DNA of 64,000 bases from Wickerhamiella versatilis (Eukaryota), in the NCBI GenBank assembly GCA_030867685.1, contig JAQOWU010000008.1:1612001-1676000 (forward strand). Reading direction: 5' to 3'. Under the pieces are notes generated by a model. It was not told the DNA's origin. It worked only from the letters and a program-made list of their open reading frames with translations, and made no database searches. This document shows, in pieces, positions 34,503 through 44,646 of the stretch. The stretch's first letter is position 1. Each line of letters begins with the position of its first letter. The position numbers were made by a program, and so were the translations under genes.

Positions 34503-35153
34503 TTATTCAGGCCTGCGCTCGTCAAATTTCCGTTTCTTACGCCGACCGTGCTGAGCAAAATGATGATGGTTCTTTTTTGCCTCTGAAGCTAGCAGTCGCT
34601 CTACAGAATCACCATGGAACCCCCCTGATTCTTTGTATGCATATGCAATGCGGCAAGGTCGGTTCATAATATTCTGACCATCCATTGTTGCTAAGGCCTT
34701 ATCAGCTGCCTCAAAATTCTCATATATAACAAACCCATGGCCCCGTGAGACTCCATTTACATCACGTACAATCTTAGTTGTGGCAATTGGGCCAAACCCA
34801 ACAAATATTTGAGATAAAACCTCCTCATCAACCAAGGGGTCCAACTGGCCGACGAACAGGCGAGCACCACCCATAGGCTCATTTACATTATTTCCAGTTC
34901 GAGTTATTTTCAGCTGTTTTCCATAGAGTTTTATGCTAGCCATAATATGCGTGGCATAATCAGCATCCCCGTCACATGAAAATTCAACGAAGCCAAAACC
35001 CTGTTTCTGGCGAGTGAACCGATTACGAGGCAAATAAATGCTCACAACAGGCGCTGCCTGAAGCATTAATTCATAGAGCAAGTCCTCATCAACTTCCTCA
35101 GGAAGATTCCCGATGTAAAGGGTAGGTGATGCCCCGTCTTGACCATGAGCCAT
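34503..35153 (-). CDS. HSH49: SF3b subunit Hsh49/SF3B4 (two RRMs)
   Basis: LYIGNL, LYELMLQAAPV, GFGFVEF, ARLFVGQLDPLVDE, YAYK, HGDSVERLLA. Confidence 0.88.
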   Translation of the reverse strand: MAHGQDGASPTLYIGNLPEEVDEDLLYELMLQAAPVVSIYLPRNRFTRQKQGFGFVEFSCDGDADYATHIMASIKLYGKQLKITRTGNNVNEPMGGARLFVGQLDPLVDEEVLSQIFVGFGPIATTKIVRDVNGVSRGHGFVIYENFEAADKALATMDGQNIMNRPCRIAYAYKESGGFHGDSVERLLASEAKKNHHHFAQHGRRKKRKFDERRPE

Positions 35154-35170
35154 GACTAACGAAAAATATA

Positions 35171-35189
35171 AGTAGTAGTAGTAGTAGTA
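35171..35189 (+). repeat. (AGT)6 microsatellite
   Basis: agtagtagtagtagtagta just upstream of HSH49. Confidence 0.8.
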
Positions 35190-35283
35190 TCTTCTATATG
35201 GAACTAATATGGCTTATGCTTGTTCTGCCATAAAAGAAGAGCAGCTGGTATTGGACACAAAAAGACGATTAACGACTTCTAAC

Positions 35284-36153
35284 TTACGAAGACGTGGCCT
35301 CCTCTTCTTTAGAGATTTCGTGGCCGCCCACAAGTTCCTCAACTTCCCGGACAATTATATTCATCGGAGCTGTTGTGGGGCCAATTATACTCACAGTATT
35401 TCTTTTATCATTCACATGCGGATAAGATCCAAGCTTTACACCATTATCGGTATATTTTCGGTGTATAGTCTCGAGATGTTGTGCCATGCTGGATTCTGGC
35501 GTCCGCGTCGAGACATATCGACGCTGAAGAGGCTCAGTGTCCACACGGGCAGAGATCTCAGGGCGCAGCCCATCTAGCATTCTCTTGAATAGAGATGGAA
35601 TGCCCGGGAATATATATATTTTACGCTCGAGTCCAACAATTGGCACCCAAAAGCCAGTATCAGGAAACATTCGGGAAACTAGAGGTCCTGATGGCAGAAG
35701 CGCCATCCTCAATTGTGCATCAAGCTCACCTTTCACTGTACGCTCAGAAGGTTTCACCCGGGCCAACTGATTCATCCGATCAACAGTGGGTTCATCCAAG
35801 TGTAAAGGGTAGTTAAAGAGCTTGGCGATAGAGGCATACGTAATATCATCGTGAGTGGGTCCAATACCTCCGGTTGTAATGATGAAATCATAGCGATTCT
35901 TCAAGTCCCGTAAGACATCTACAATATCCTCTTCCACGTCTGGTACCACAGCTATGCGGCGCAGATTAATGCCCATATCAAAGCAGAATTCAGCGAATGT
36001 TGCCGAATTCGTGTCTTTAATCTTGCCATTTAGAATCTCATCACCAATGATCAAGCAGGCAGCAGTCCGAATAGGTTGGGCCTTAGTAGTCATGGTTGTA
36101 GATACGAAACGCTTGAGGAGCATAACAGCACAGGCTGACGAAGCTCGGCTCAT
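35284..36153 (-). CDS. FPY1: MoCF-biosynthesis/CinA-like domain protein (YMR178W-type FAD pyrophosphatase)
   Basis: IIGDEILNGKIKDTNS, TTGGIGPTHDDITY, FPGIP, LGSYP; presequence-like N-terminus. Confidence 0.8.
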   Translation of the reverse strand: MSRASSACAVMLLKRFVSTTMTTKAQPIRTAACLIIGDEILNGKIKDTNSATFAEFCFDMGINLRRIAVVPDVEEDIVDVLRDLKNRYDFIITTGGIGPTHDDITYASIAKLFNYPLHLDEPTVDRMNQLARVKPSERTVKGELDAQLRMALLPSGPLVSRMFPDTGFWVPIVGLERKIYIFPGIPSLFKRMLDGLRPEISARVDTEPLQRRYVSTRTPESSMAQHLETIHRKYTDNGVKLGSYPHVNDKRNTVSIIGPTTAPMNIIVREVEELVGGHEISKEEEATSS

Positions 36154-36637
36154 GAGGATACCGAATTAGCGAAAATCTTGTAATAATATACCTTTAGCTG
36201 GAATACATGGCCATCTAACTAGAATCTAGAATTGCTGAACTGTTATATGTGACATGCGCTATTATCAAAGCAAAAGAATCGTTCTAGAGAAAAAAGACCG
36301 CACGTGCCGATTATTGTTAATTTTGCTAGCACAAGGAAACAAGGTATTATGCAATTTATGGCCTCAAAGTGCGTCAGGCCTGAATCTTAGCTAGAATAAA
36401 AGGAGCTCTTGCAGGATAATTAAGGTGAACTTTCAAAGGAACCCACCGCTAAGGCGTGTACGCAGTTAATTAAAGTTATGACAATACTCGATTAACAGTG
36501 ATATATGCAAGTATAATGTCTGAAGAAGGAACTCAAGCGATACAGCCATTACCTAGCCGAGAAAGCGCTAACTTGAAATAGGGATGACATAGCGTAATAA
36601 TATATCTGATAGTTCACGTTGCGGTCTCGTTGAGAAA

Positions 36638-36746
36638 AGACTACATGATTTCGGCTATTTTAGAGACAGCTGTGGTCTAAATAACATTCAGACCCGGGTA
36701 GACCCCGGGAGAAGGTCGGATAGTAATGTTTCCATACCAAACAATA
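36638..36746 (+). ncRNA. Candidate H/ACA-like snoRNA
   Basis: Hairpin, AAATAA (H box), second hairpin, then ACA, lying upstream of TACTAAC..TAG; no rRNA target found. Confidence 0.25.
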
Positions 36747-36887
36747 TATACAAGTACGGAGGAATCATTAAGATTTACCTAAACTATTTATTAGCTCACC
36801 CCAGCAAATACTAACTGGTCTGTAGTTTCTCCAAATGTCGAGAAAGCTCGTTTCAAATATTCTTCATACACTGACACATTAGTCATC

Positions 36888-37340
36888 ATGCAGCAGCCGA
36901 TTCCCAAAGATTTTGATCCTGAAAAAGCTGAGAATCTCGAGGAGATTGAGATGCAATTTGCCGTCAAGGCAGTAGAGCAGTCCGAGACTTATTGGACGCT
37001 TTTGCAAAAGTTTGGCCCCAAGCGTCTCTCCCTCACCAAGGTTGACGATGAACTTTATAACGATCTTTTGGCAACTTTCCCTGAGTTCGAGGGCGGAAAG
37101 CTGCAAACTATAGATGAAAATGAGATGAAGTCAAAAACCGGTAAAGAGAAATGGAGAGTATTCTGTAATCGTTATGAGACCAAAGTGCCTGATTTCAACT
37201 TCGGTACTTTACTGAGGCTGAATGCAGGCGAGGGTTATACGCAGGATAACACCATGTTTGCGGTACGGACTCAATTTTATGCAGTAGAAATATACCGGAA
37301 TCGTAATGGTCTTAATGATTGGGTTTATCAATCAAAGTAG
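36888..37340 (+). CDS. PBDC1/YPL225W family protein (eEF1A chaperone Chp1-like)
   Basis: AENLEEIEMQFAVKAV, GKEKWR, DFNFGTLLR, QFYAVEIYRNR. Confidence 0.9.
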   Translation: MQQPIPKDFDPEKAENLEEIEMQFAVKAVEQSETYWTLLQKFGPKRLSLTKVDDELYNDLLATFPEFEGGKLQTIDENEMKSKTGKEKWRVFCNRYETKVPDFNFGTLLRLNAGEGYTQDNTMFAVRTQFYAVEIYRNRNGLNDWVYQSK

Positions 37341-38394
37341 GTGTAACCGTGATATAGACTTGTTTTAGACCTTCAACCTGCAACAGAGATGCACGCACAT
37401 CTTTTGCAACTGCCGATACATCAGCGTCGACATTTTCGAGTTGCAACGTGACCACATAATCTGGACCGTAAGGTTCAATTATAATCTCACCCACGCTGTA
37501 TTTTTCCTTACTCAAACTTTTCAGTTCCACGCTTGTTCTGTTGATAATTTCCTCCCTCTTTGTATTTGAGTCATATGCTGGATCCACCGATCCCGCAAGC
37601 TCAAGACAAGAGGAACGCAAGGAAGGCCAACCTGCCCGTACAACAAGGCTACTCACAATAATCCCACCCAAAGAGTCCAACCAACTCACACCAAAGAGCT
37701 GACCTCCAACAACACTGCAGACAGCTATTGCACTGGCAAAACAGTCCACTCGGTGGTGCCAGCTGTTGGCAATAAGCACAGGGGAATTACTTTCTTTTCC
37801 AATGCGGTAAGTGGCTCGAAAAAGTGACTCTTTAACAGCTATCGATATTAAAGCTATCCATGCTGCATTCCAATCGGCCAATTCTTCTGTGCCATGGCTA
37901 TGGGAATGACCGAGCCCTTTCAAGAAGTGGGCCCAAGCGAAGTCTATATCCAAAGCGGATAACAAATGAGACAGAGACCCGAAACCCATTGAGAAGCCAG
38001 CTCCCAACAGTAAAAAGCTTACACCCAGTGCTCCCACGGTTTCAATGCGTCCATAGCCCTTGGGGAATAGCACGGATGGTGGTCGTCTGCTAACGGACAC
38101 AGTAGCCAACGTGAGCACGTCTGAAACAGAATCCGAGATCGCATGAATTGAGTCGGCCACAAGACTCTGCGAATGAAAATAAAAGCCACCCACTCCTTTC
38201 ACTAGAGCCATCCCAATATTTGTTGCGAGCCCTATGTAGGTGATGCGTACACCTGGGGAGCGCAGATTCCCACCTTGCTTGATCAATATATCAGTGGTAC
38301 CAGAGTGACTGTGTCCATGGCCATGCGAGTGGCCATGGAATCGTACTCCAGTGATAAATCTCGGGGATCTGAGGAGCAGTCTAGATCGTAGCAT
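37312..38394 (-). CDS. MMT2: Mitochondrial CDF-family iron transporter (Mmt1/Mmt2)
   Basis: Presequence from ATG 38394, His-rich HGHSHGHGHSH, ADSIHAISD, ANSWHHRVD. Confidence 0.85.
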   Translation of the reverse strand: MLRSRLLLRSPRFITGVRFHGHSHGHGHSHSGTTDILIKQGGNLRSPGVRITYIGLATNIGMALVKGVGGFYFHSQSLVADSIHAISDSVSDVLTLATVSVSRRPPSVLFPKGYGRIETVGALGVSFLLLGAGFSMGFGSLSHLLSALDIDFAWAHFLKGLGHSHSHGTEELADWNAAWIALISIAVKESLFRATYRIGKESNSPVLIANSWHHRVDCFASAIAVCSVVGGQLFGVSWLDSLGGIIVSSLVVRAGWPSLRSSCLELAGSVDPAYDSNTKREEIINRTSVELKSLSKEKYSVGEIIIEPYGPDYVVTLQLENVDADVSAVAKDVRASLLQVEGLKQVYITVTPTLIDKPNH

Positions 38395-38703
38395 ACCTTT
38401 TTGGCTTACGAAGATAGGGGCCAATCTGGGGTCAGGTGTGGATAGGATTGATGCCTATACTTTGTGGATAATTATCCTTGCCAATTTATAGAGACTGACT
38501 TTCTCTTCATTAATGAATACTCGTTTCAGATACTGTACATAAAAATTCTAAAGAGTTGCCTCAATCGAGAAAAAAAGCTAAGTGGATTCCGATGATTCAC
38601 ATGCTATATCTAATAGACAAAGAGCAACCTATTATTTTCATTGAACGCAAAAGTCACCAGTTTCTAAGGAGCCACAAAATACAAAGCCAAAGGTCATAAA
38701 TGC

Positions 38704-39609
38704 CTAAGGAAGGGTGTATCCGCCGTCAACCTGAATATCCGTGCCCGTCGTATATGTAGATGCATCAGATGCAAGGTATATATAAGCTCCAACCATCTCT
38801 TTGGGAAGACCAATTCGGCCCAGAGGCACCCTGGAGCACCAAGCCTCTTGCAGTTCCATTGGAGCGTATTGCACCAACTCAGTTTGACAGTAACCAGGAC
38901 TAACCGAATTGACCCTAGCAAATGGCGCATACTCCACGGCAAGATTTTTCATTAAATGGAGTACAGCTGCCTTAGACACGTTGTAGCAACCGTGTCTTTG
39001 CGGTACATTCACGATATATGCAGACATGGATGCTGTCAAAATCAACGAGCCAGTTCCCCGTTCACGGAAATGTTTACCAACAGCTTGGGAGCAAAGGAAG
39101 GCACCTTTCACATTAACATCCATCAGCTTATCCCAGTCACTCTCAGACAGGTCAATCAAAGGCGTTTCTGAGATAATGCCTGCATTGGCCACGAAAACAT
39201 CAATTTTTCCAAAATCCAGGATTTGCTGGGAAATAGCTTTATCAACAGCTTGCTTGTCAGTAACAGGAACCTTGTAGGCCTTTACTTTTACACCATATGT
39301 TTCCTGAAGGTAATTAACTTTTTGTATTGGATCGCGACTATTATACCAGATAGCTACGTCGGCTCCAGCCTGGGCATAGGATTCTGCAATAGCATAGCCA
39401 ATGCCACCCGAAGATCCACTGATAGACGCTACTTTGCCTTTGAGACCGAATAGATCTGACACTTTTGTACGATTGTCAGCGATAAAACTGGGGGGCTTTG
39501 ACGGGTACTCGATGCCCGAGAAATTTTTTGGTAAGCGTGCTACCAGTGCAGTACTGAATTTTCTGATTTCTGAATGAGCGAATCTTCCTGACAGTCGCAT
39601 AGACAACAT
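38704..39609 (-). CDS. NADP(H) short-chain dehydrogenase (mannitol dehydrogenase/sorbose reductase/carbonyl reductase S1 type) with an N-terminal extension
   Basis: SGSSGGIG, AIWYNS, NAG, TASMS, YNVSK, RVNSVSPGY, VDGGYTLP. Confidence 0.92.
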   Translation of the reverse strand: MLSMRLSGRFAHSEIRKFSTALVARLPKNFSGIEYPSKPPSFIADNRTKVSDLFGLKGKVASISGSSGGIGYAIAESYAQAGADVAIWYNSRDPIQKVNYLQETYGVKVKAYKVPVTDKQAVDKAISQQILDFGKIDVFVANAGIISETPLIDLSESDWDKLMDVNVKGAFLCSQAVGKHFRERGTGSLILTASMSAYIVNVPQRHGCYNVSKAAVLHLMKNLAVEYAPFARVNSVSPGYCQTELVQYAPMELQEAWCSRVPLGRIGLPKEMVGAYIYLASDASTYTTGTDIQVDGGYTLP

Positions 39610-39827
39610 ATTTGGCCGCGGGGTATTACGGTACTTTACAATGATGAGTCAATTAATGACGTGCATGGGGAAGTGCTGATAGCTATCGTGTAATAGAATC
39701 TTATTTTACAATAATTAATTATTTTATTTCTCTCTGAACGAGGGGGGAGGCAGGAGTTTTATGCAAAACAATTTTTCGCTCAGGCATGTTGCTGAAATTA
39801 TAGGGGAGACGGTATTTGGCTGCTACC

Positions 39828-42803
39828 CTATGATATAAAGCCGTAAGATGCTAACATTTCGACGGTATACGGCTGCTGTACCACTTGAATAACAGCAAGT
39901 ATGGTTTCAAGATTATCAGGTTCCACGGCCAACATTTGTAGTTGATCTGGAAGCTGGCGCAGTGCTTGAATAGAAACCATCATCAATGGATGAGGAGGTG
40001 CTGCATTTAACTGCAAACATCGAGCTTGCACTTCTAGTTTGGCCCAATCAATACCCAACGCCGCTAGCCACTGGACTGTCTGATTTACTGTTTGAGCAGC
40101 CAGCGGCGAATTGAGTGCTATTCGGCGTGACGCAGTAAGGCGCGGCCTCTGCAACATGTCAGGACTCGGATACTCAATTCGCCTCACAAAGTGGCGGAAA
40201 TTGGCAAAGTTTATGAGATTGACACATTCATCAACCACAACTGGGGACGTTGTGACAGCACTCAATGCTGCCTCGACTTCACTATCAGCGATTTCATCCA
40301 CACGCCTTTGTAGTAAGTTTCGAAGGGACTGCGATAGAGAAACTGCGGTAGAATGTAGTTCCTTCAATCGAAGCATAATGGGCGAAGACTGATCAAAGCC
40401 ATAGGCAGCAGCTTTTTGGAGGAGCTGCTCCAGCTTTTGCAATGTTGGCTTTGCAGTAGTTACCTCCTTAATCGCTTGTGATAGCCACATGCACCGAGTA
40501 TGCAGTTGCTGAAATAGTTGAGCATATCCATTTATAACATGGGGTTTGAGATTCATTGATACCAGAGCCTGCCAATCCTTCGTCCTCAGTATATTGTCTA
40601 CTTGTGCTGCAAAAGTCTTGGTCTCATCATAAAGCTCCGTAAATTTGGCAGGAGGGGCCAAAAAGCAATCCAGTTGCTTCTGCTGTTGATCAAGAGTCCT
40701 CCAGTTTTCATCAGTGCTATGCGCTTGTTCCGTGAGAATATGAACATCACGATCCCACGCCGAGGCAGCTTCCGACATTGCTTTAAGTGAGTTCAATGTT
40801 GGGCCTAAGGTTTCCGGTGCGTCTGGTGCATTGATTGCAAGTTCATATATATCTGAGGGGGCGGGTCGCGGGGTTTCACCAAGATATTTTGTAACTTGTG
40901 ACTCCCATAGATCAATCTTAGCAATTTGGTTTTCAGCTTGCTGGATTAGCTCATTTACGCATTTCGGTATATCACCACGAGTTACCAGTGTCCCGCCTTT
41001 ACCTGCGCTAAGACTCATTGGACCCACATCTGTCTCCCACCATGCCAAGTACATTTTAGCACCCGTTTCATGGCATGTCATAACTTTCGGTTCAGTTTCT
41101 TCGGCGAACCGAATGTGATTCGGTTTTGTCAACGACATGAAAAACGCAAGCCATGCACGCAGTCCAGAGGATGCTGACGCCAATAATTTACGTTCTGGAC
41201 AAGTTTCCAAAATTCTTACGAGCAGTTGTTCGTAGCTAAATGGAAGTATCATCCTTGGCATCGGTACTAACCAGTCAGAGGTGAGCAATTGTATAGATTC
41301 TGTAATGCTAAAGCCATGGGAAAAATTAGACACTACCGCGCTGGGAAATATCACCACAATATCACCAGGTTCCTGATCAATAGCATAGCTATTCTGTGCC
41401 GGTAGCTCCATTTCACTGCAATAACTTTTAGAACTTGAGTACCAAGTTATTGGTGCTCCAGCACGATTGTATACAAGTCTGTGCGCCCCTAGGTCTGACC
41501 TATGCCAAGTGGTGCAACTAAATACCATCGGTACCTCAACCTCCGGTAATGTTAAGTACTCGGAACCATCCTCAGCATATCTTAATGCAGAATTAGAAGC
41601 GTAAGGCAATTTTGCAAGGAAATCGATGTTGGGTAATTCACCAAGTGCTTTTCCTCTTTCAGTCATAATATGCTCGCCACGCTCAAGAATCGACCAAAAA
41701 GCTCGTTCTGTATTATTACGCTCATTTTCATTGCCGAGAAGAAATTCCCTTATGGTATCAGCTTTCTGTTGGAACTGTCTTAAATTATATGCGGGCCCAG
41801 GTACCTCATTTGCCGGTGATTTCGATGCTTTTCCATAAATCCAGTCATTAATAGAGCGCGGTTGATAGCTCTGGACTTTGAAACACGATTCTAGAAACTC
41901 CATCTCAATCGTAATGCCCTCAGGTAATACCTTCACTCCACGCTGAGGCTCGAAACTACCATCAACAACGCCAAACCTGACCAGCCGAGCGGCATGAACA
42001 TTCACATTGTGGGCCGCCAGGTGCTCCAAAAAGGGAGCGATGCACTTATTATAAGCAGTTCGTAGCGACGTGGATAGCGATGGCGAAACTCGTCCCACAT
42101 ATCCCAATTCCCTACCAATACGGGCCCAAAGTTTACACTTTCCAACGTTATCATAACCGCCATGTGACGAAACACTCTGCCATAGCCGGTATAAATCGAC
42201 AGGCCTTTTGTCAATAGTGGGCAGCTTCTGACTTTTTTTGTGAACATCCATAAATCGCACAAGGGCCTTCATGAAGCTACTTGCAAGTTCATTGTATTCT
42301 TCTTCGGTCGATAGATTCGTACACTGACGCTCACCGTGAAACCAAAAAGTTTCTGAGTCTAAATCAGAAGTAAGTGCTTTACCTTGAGGCGGGACTATTT
42401 TTATAATGCCAAACTTGTGACCTAGCGGTGAAAGAGACTCGATATAGTCAATCAACGAATCAAACTCTTCGACCGTGGGATGCACTGTGTACCCAGTCTG
42501 TGCACCATTCACGAATCTTCGTCCTCCCATATCTATTGGGTACTCTGGTATTACATCCAATGAATGTGAGGCTCGCGTTTTCGTTTGTGGACACATCCAT
42601 GGGTTACTTGTCTGCTGAGCACCAGTGGTATTCACAGGATGTTGTAAATGCCCTGGAAGCACACATCTTTTGGGCTCCGCAGGAGGGAGTACTGCCCCTA
42701 CAGCAGGGAGTATGTGAGTTGTCGCTCCCTCCGAATACTTCGGTCCTGCCGGTTGAGATGCAAATTGGGAACGAGCGACCACATTTACTGGGGTAAACCC
42801 CAT
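39828..42803 (-). CDS. ECM5: JmjN-ARID-degenerate JmjC chromatin protein (Ecm5/KDM5-like)
   Basis: JmjN (PTVEEF..FGIIKIVPP), ARID (VDLYRLW..LWARIGRELGY), JmjC remnant. Confidence 0.65.
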   Translation of the reverse strand: MGFTPVNVVARSQFASQPAGPKYSEGATTHILPAVGAVLPPAEPKRCVLPGHLQHPVNTTGAQQTSNPWMCPQTKTRASHSLDVIPEYPIDMGGRRFVNGAQTGYTVHPTVEEFDSLIDYIESLSPLGHKFGIIKIVPPQGKALTSDLDSETFWFHGERQCTNLSTEEEYNELASSFMKALVRFMDVHKKSQKLPTIDKRPVDLYRLWQSVSSHGGYDNVGKCKLWARIGRELGYVGRVSPSLSTSLRTAYNKCIAPFLEHLAAHNVNVHAARLVRFGVVDGSFEPQRGVKVLPEGITIEMEFLESCFKVQSYQPRSINDWIYGKASKSPANEVPGPAYNLRQFQQKADTIREFLLGNENERNNTERAFWSILERGEHIMTERGKALGELPNIDFLAKLPYASNSALRYAEDGSEYLTLPEVEVPMVFSCTTWHRSDLGAHRLVYNRAGAPITWYSSSKSYCSEMELPAQNSYAIDQEPGDIVVIFPSAVVSNFSHGFSITESIQLLTSDWLVPMPRMILPFSYEQLLVRILETCPERKLLASASSGLRAWLAFFMSLTKPNHIRFAEETEPKVMTCHETGAKMYLAWWETDVGPMSLSAGKGGTLVTRGDIPKCVNELIQQAENQIAKIDLWESQVTKYLGETPRPAPSDIYELAINAPDAPETLGPTLNSLKAMSEAASAWDRDVHILTEQAHSTDENWRTLDQQQKQLDCFLAPPAKFTELYDETKTFAAQVDNILRTKDWQALVSMNLKPHVINGYAQLFQQLHTRCMWLSQAIKEVTTAKPTLQKLEQLLQKAAAYGFDQSSPIMLRLKELHSTAVSLSQSLRNLLQRRVDEIADSEVEAALSAVTTSPVVVDECVNLINFANFRHFVRRIEYPSPDMLQRPRLTASRRIALNSPLAAQTVNQTVQWLAALGIDWAKLEVQARCLQLNAAPPHPLMMVSIQALRQLPDQLQMLAVEPDNLETILAVIQVVQQPYTVEMLASYGFIS

Positions 42804-42955
42804 ACTCCTCTGAATGAGTTAGGTAATACACAGGACATATATCATATTGAATTTGACTAGAAATTTAACACCAGGTCAAGACGAATTTGAAAAATATTGA
42901 TATTGTTTATCTACATCTAACAATTGAAGACTTATAGATCATAGCACGTAAAGAT

Positions 42956-44008
42956 TTAATAACGGTCAGATCCACCGTAGCCGCCGCTGGAGCCACCATA
43001 ACCACCGCTGGAGCCGCCGCTGGAGCCACCATAGCCACCGCTGGAGCCGCCGAAGCTATCAGAACCACCGCGGCTTGAAGAACCTCCGCCAAAGCTGTCA
43101 GAGCCGCCGCCGAAGCCACCGCCACTGCTAGAGCCACCGTAGCTATCGGAGCCGCCACTACGGCTTGAAGAGCCACCGCCATAGCTATCAGAGCCACCGC
43201 CGAAGCCGCCGCCACTGCTAGAGCCACCGTAGCTATCGGAGCCGCCACCACGGCTTGAAGAGCCGCCGCCATAGCTGTCAGAGCCGCCGCCGAAGCCACC
43301 GCCACTGCTAGAGCCACCGTAGCTATCGGAGCCGCCACCACGGCTTGAAGAACTGCCGCCATAGCTATCAGAGCCGCCACCGAAGCCACCGCCACTGCTA
43401 GAGCCACCGTAGCTATCGGAGCCGCCACCACGGCTTGAAGAGCCGCCGCCATAGCTGTCAGAGCCACCGCCGAAGCCACCGCCGCTGCTGCTAGAACCGC
43501 CGTAGCTATCGGAGCCGCCGCCATAACTATCAGAGCCACCTAGGCTGTCAGAGCCTCCACGGCCCGAGGAACTGCCATAGCTATCAGAGCCACCGCCGAA
43601 ACCGCCACCACTGCTAGAGCCACCGTAGCTATCAGAGCCACCACGGCCCGAGGAGCCATAACTGTCAGAACCGCCACCAGAGCCGCCATAACTGTCAGAT
43701 CCACCACCGCTGGAAGAGCCATAGCTGTCAGAGCCACCGCCGTAACCGCCGCTCCCAGAGCCGCCGTAACTATCAGAACCGCCGCGACCCGACGACCCGA
43801 AGCTGTCAGAGCCGCCATGACTACCAGAACCGCCGTAGCTACCAGAGCCACCACCGTAACTATCGCTTCCTCCTCCAGAAGATGAGTTTCCATAACCACC
43901 TGAGCTGTTACCTGATCCAGATCCGGAGATTTTATCTTTCACTTGATCCTGGAGGTGACGTCCAGTATCACTGTTCGCAAATTCCTTAGCTTTATCCAAG
44001 AATCCCAT
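42956..44008 (-). CDS. DDR48: Ddr48-like stress protein with Gly/Ser-rich DSYG repeats
   Basis: N-terminus MGFLDKAKEFANS, many xxSDSYG repeats; TATAAAAG on the minus strand at 44042-44049. Confidence 0.75.
   Translation of the reverse strand: MGFLDKAKEFANSDTGRHLQDQVKDKISGSGSGNSSGGYGNSSSGGGSDSYGGGSGSYGGSGSHGGSDSFGSSGRGGSDSYGGSGSGGYGGGSDSYGSSSGGGSDSYGGSGGGSDSYGSSGRGGSDSYGGSSSGGGFGGGSDSYGSSSGRGGSDSLGGSDSYGGGSDSYGGSSSSGGGFGGGSDSYGGGSSSRGGGSDSYGGSSSGGGFGGGSDSYGGSSSSRGGGSDSYGGSSSGGGFGGGSDSYGGGSSSRGGGSDSYGGSSSGGGFGGGSDSYGGGSSSRSGGSDSYGGSSSGGGFGGGSDSFGGGSSSRGGSDSFGGSSGGYGGSSGGSSGGYGGSSGGYGGSDRY
43071..43521 (-). repeat. Coding 90-bp minisatellite (about 4-5 copies)
   Basis: gagccaccgtagctatcgga recurs at 43131, 43221, 43311 and 43401. 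Confidence 0.9.
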
Positions 44009-44646
44009 TTTGAATCTAAAATTAAGTATTGAGTATTTGACCTTTTATATTGTGCTTATTCGCACAGCCCCGCATACCGCAAGAGTATACTAGTTTCGAT
44101 AGGGTTGGGGTTACGAAGCTGTATCAGAAGTTCTGTTTGACAATAGATGGACATTAAGAATTGAGAAATAGAAATAAAAACAGCATACAGCAATCATGAG
44201 TACTACTATTTATGCTGATACTGTTTTGTTTATATTAACTGTCCTCATCTTAAAGTAGCCGTTTACGACACGTGCAGCAATTCTGGTGCCACGTTCACCA
44301 TGATGACGTGATTTACAGACGTTGCTAAATTCAACAAGGGGCATATATGATAGATCCTAGATCTTTTTGATGGAAGTATATATATATGGTGCCTAACGAT
44401 GGAGCATGTTAGACTGAATATAATGTATGTTTCTTCTGGCAATCATGCATCAGGTTGTCTCAACTGTGGAGTCATCGTACCCGAAATTCAAAAATAGATA
44501 ACAGCTCATCCCTCTGTAGTTCAATGCATTTATTAAGAATTTGCTGTGCAGCTGCCGATCTGTTTAAGTCATATATAAAATATTTGAGTCTCCTTAGGAG
44601 GTAATTAATATTAATGTGAATATCATATTTATCCAACATAACAAAT

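Noticed and set aside
42907..43899. Ala/Val-rich ORFs overlapping DDR48
   Set aside because: Alternative-frame by-products of the Gly/Ser repeat
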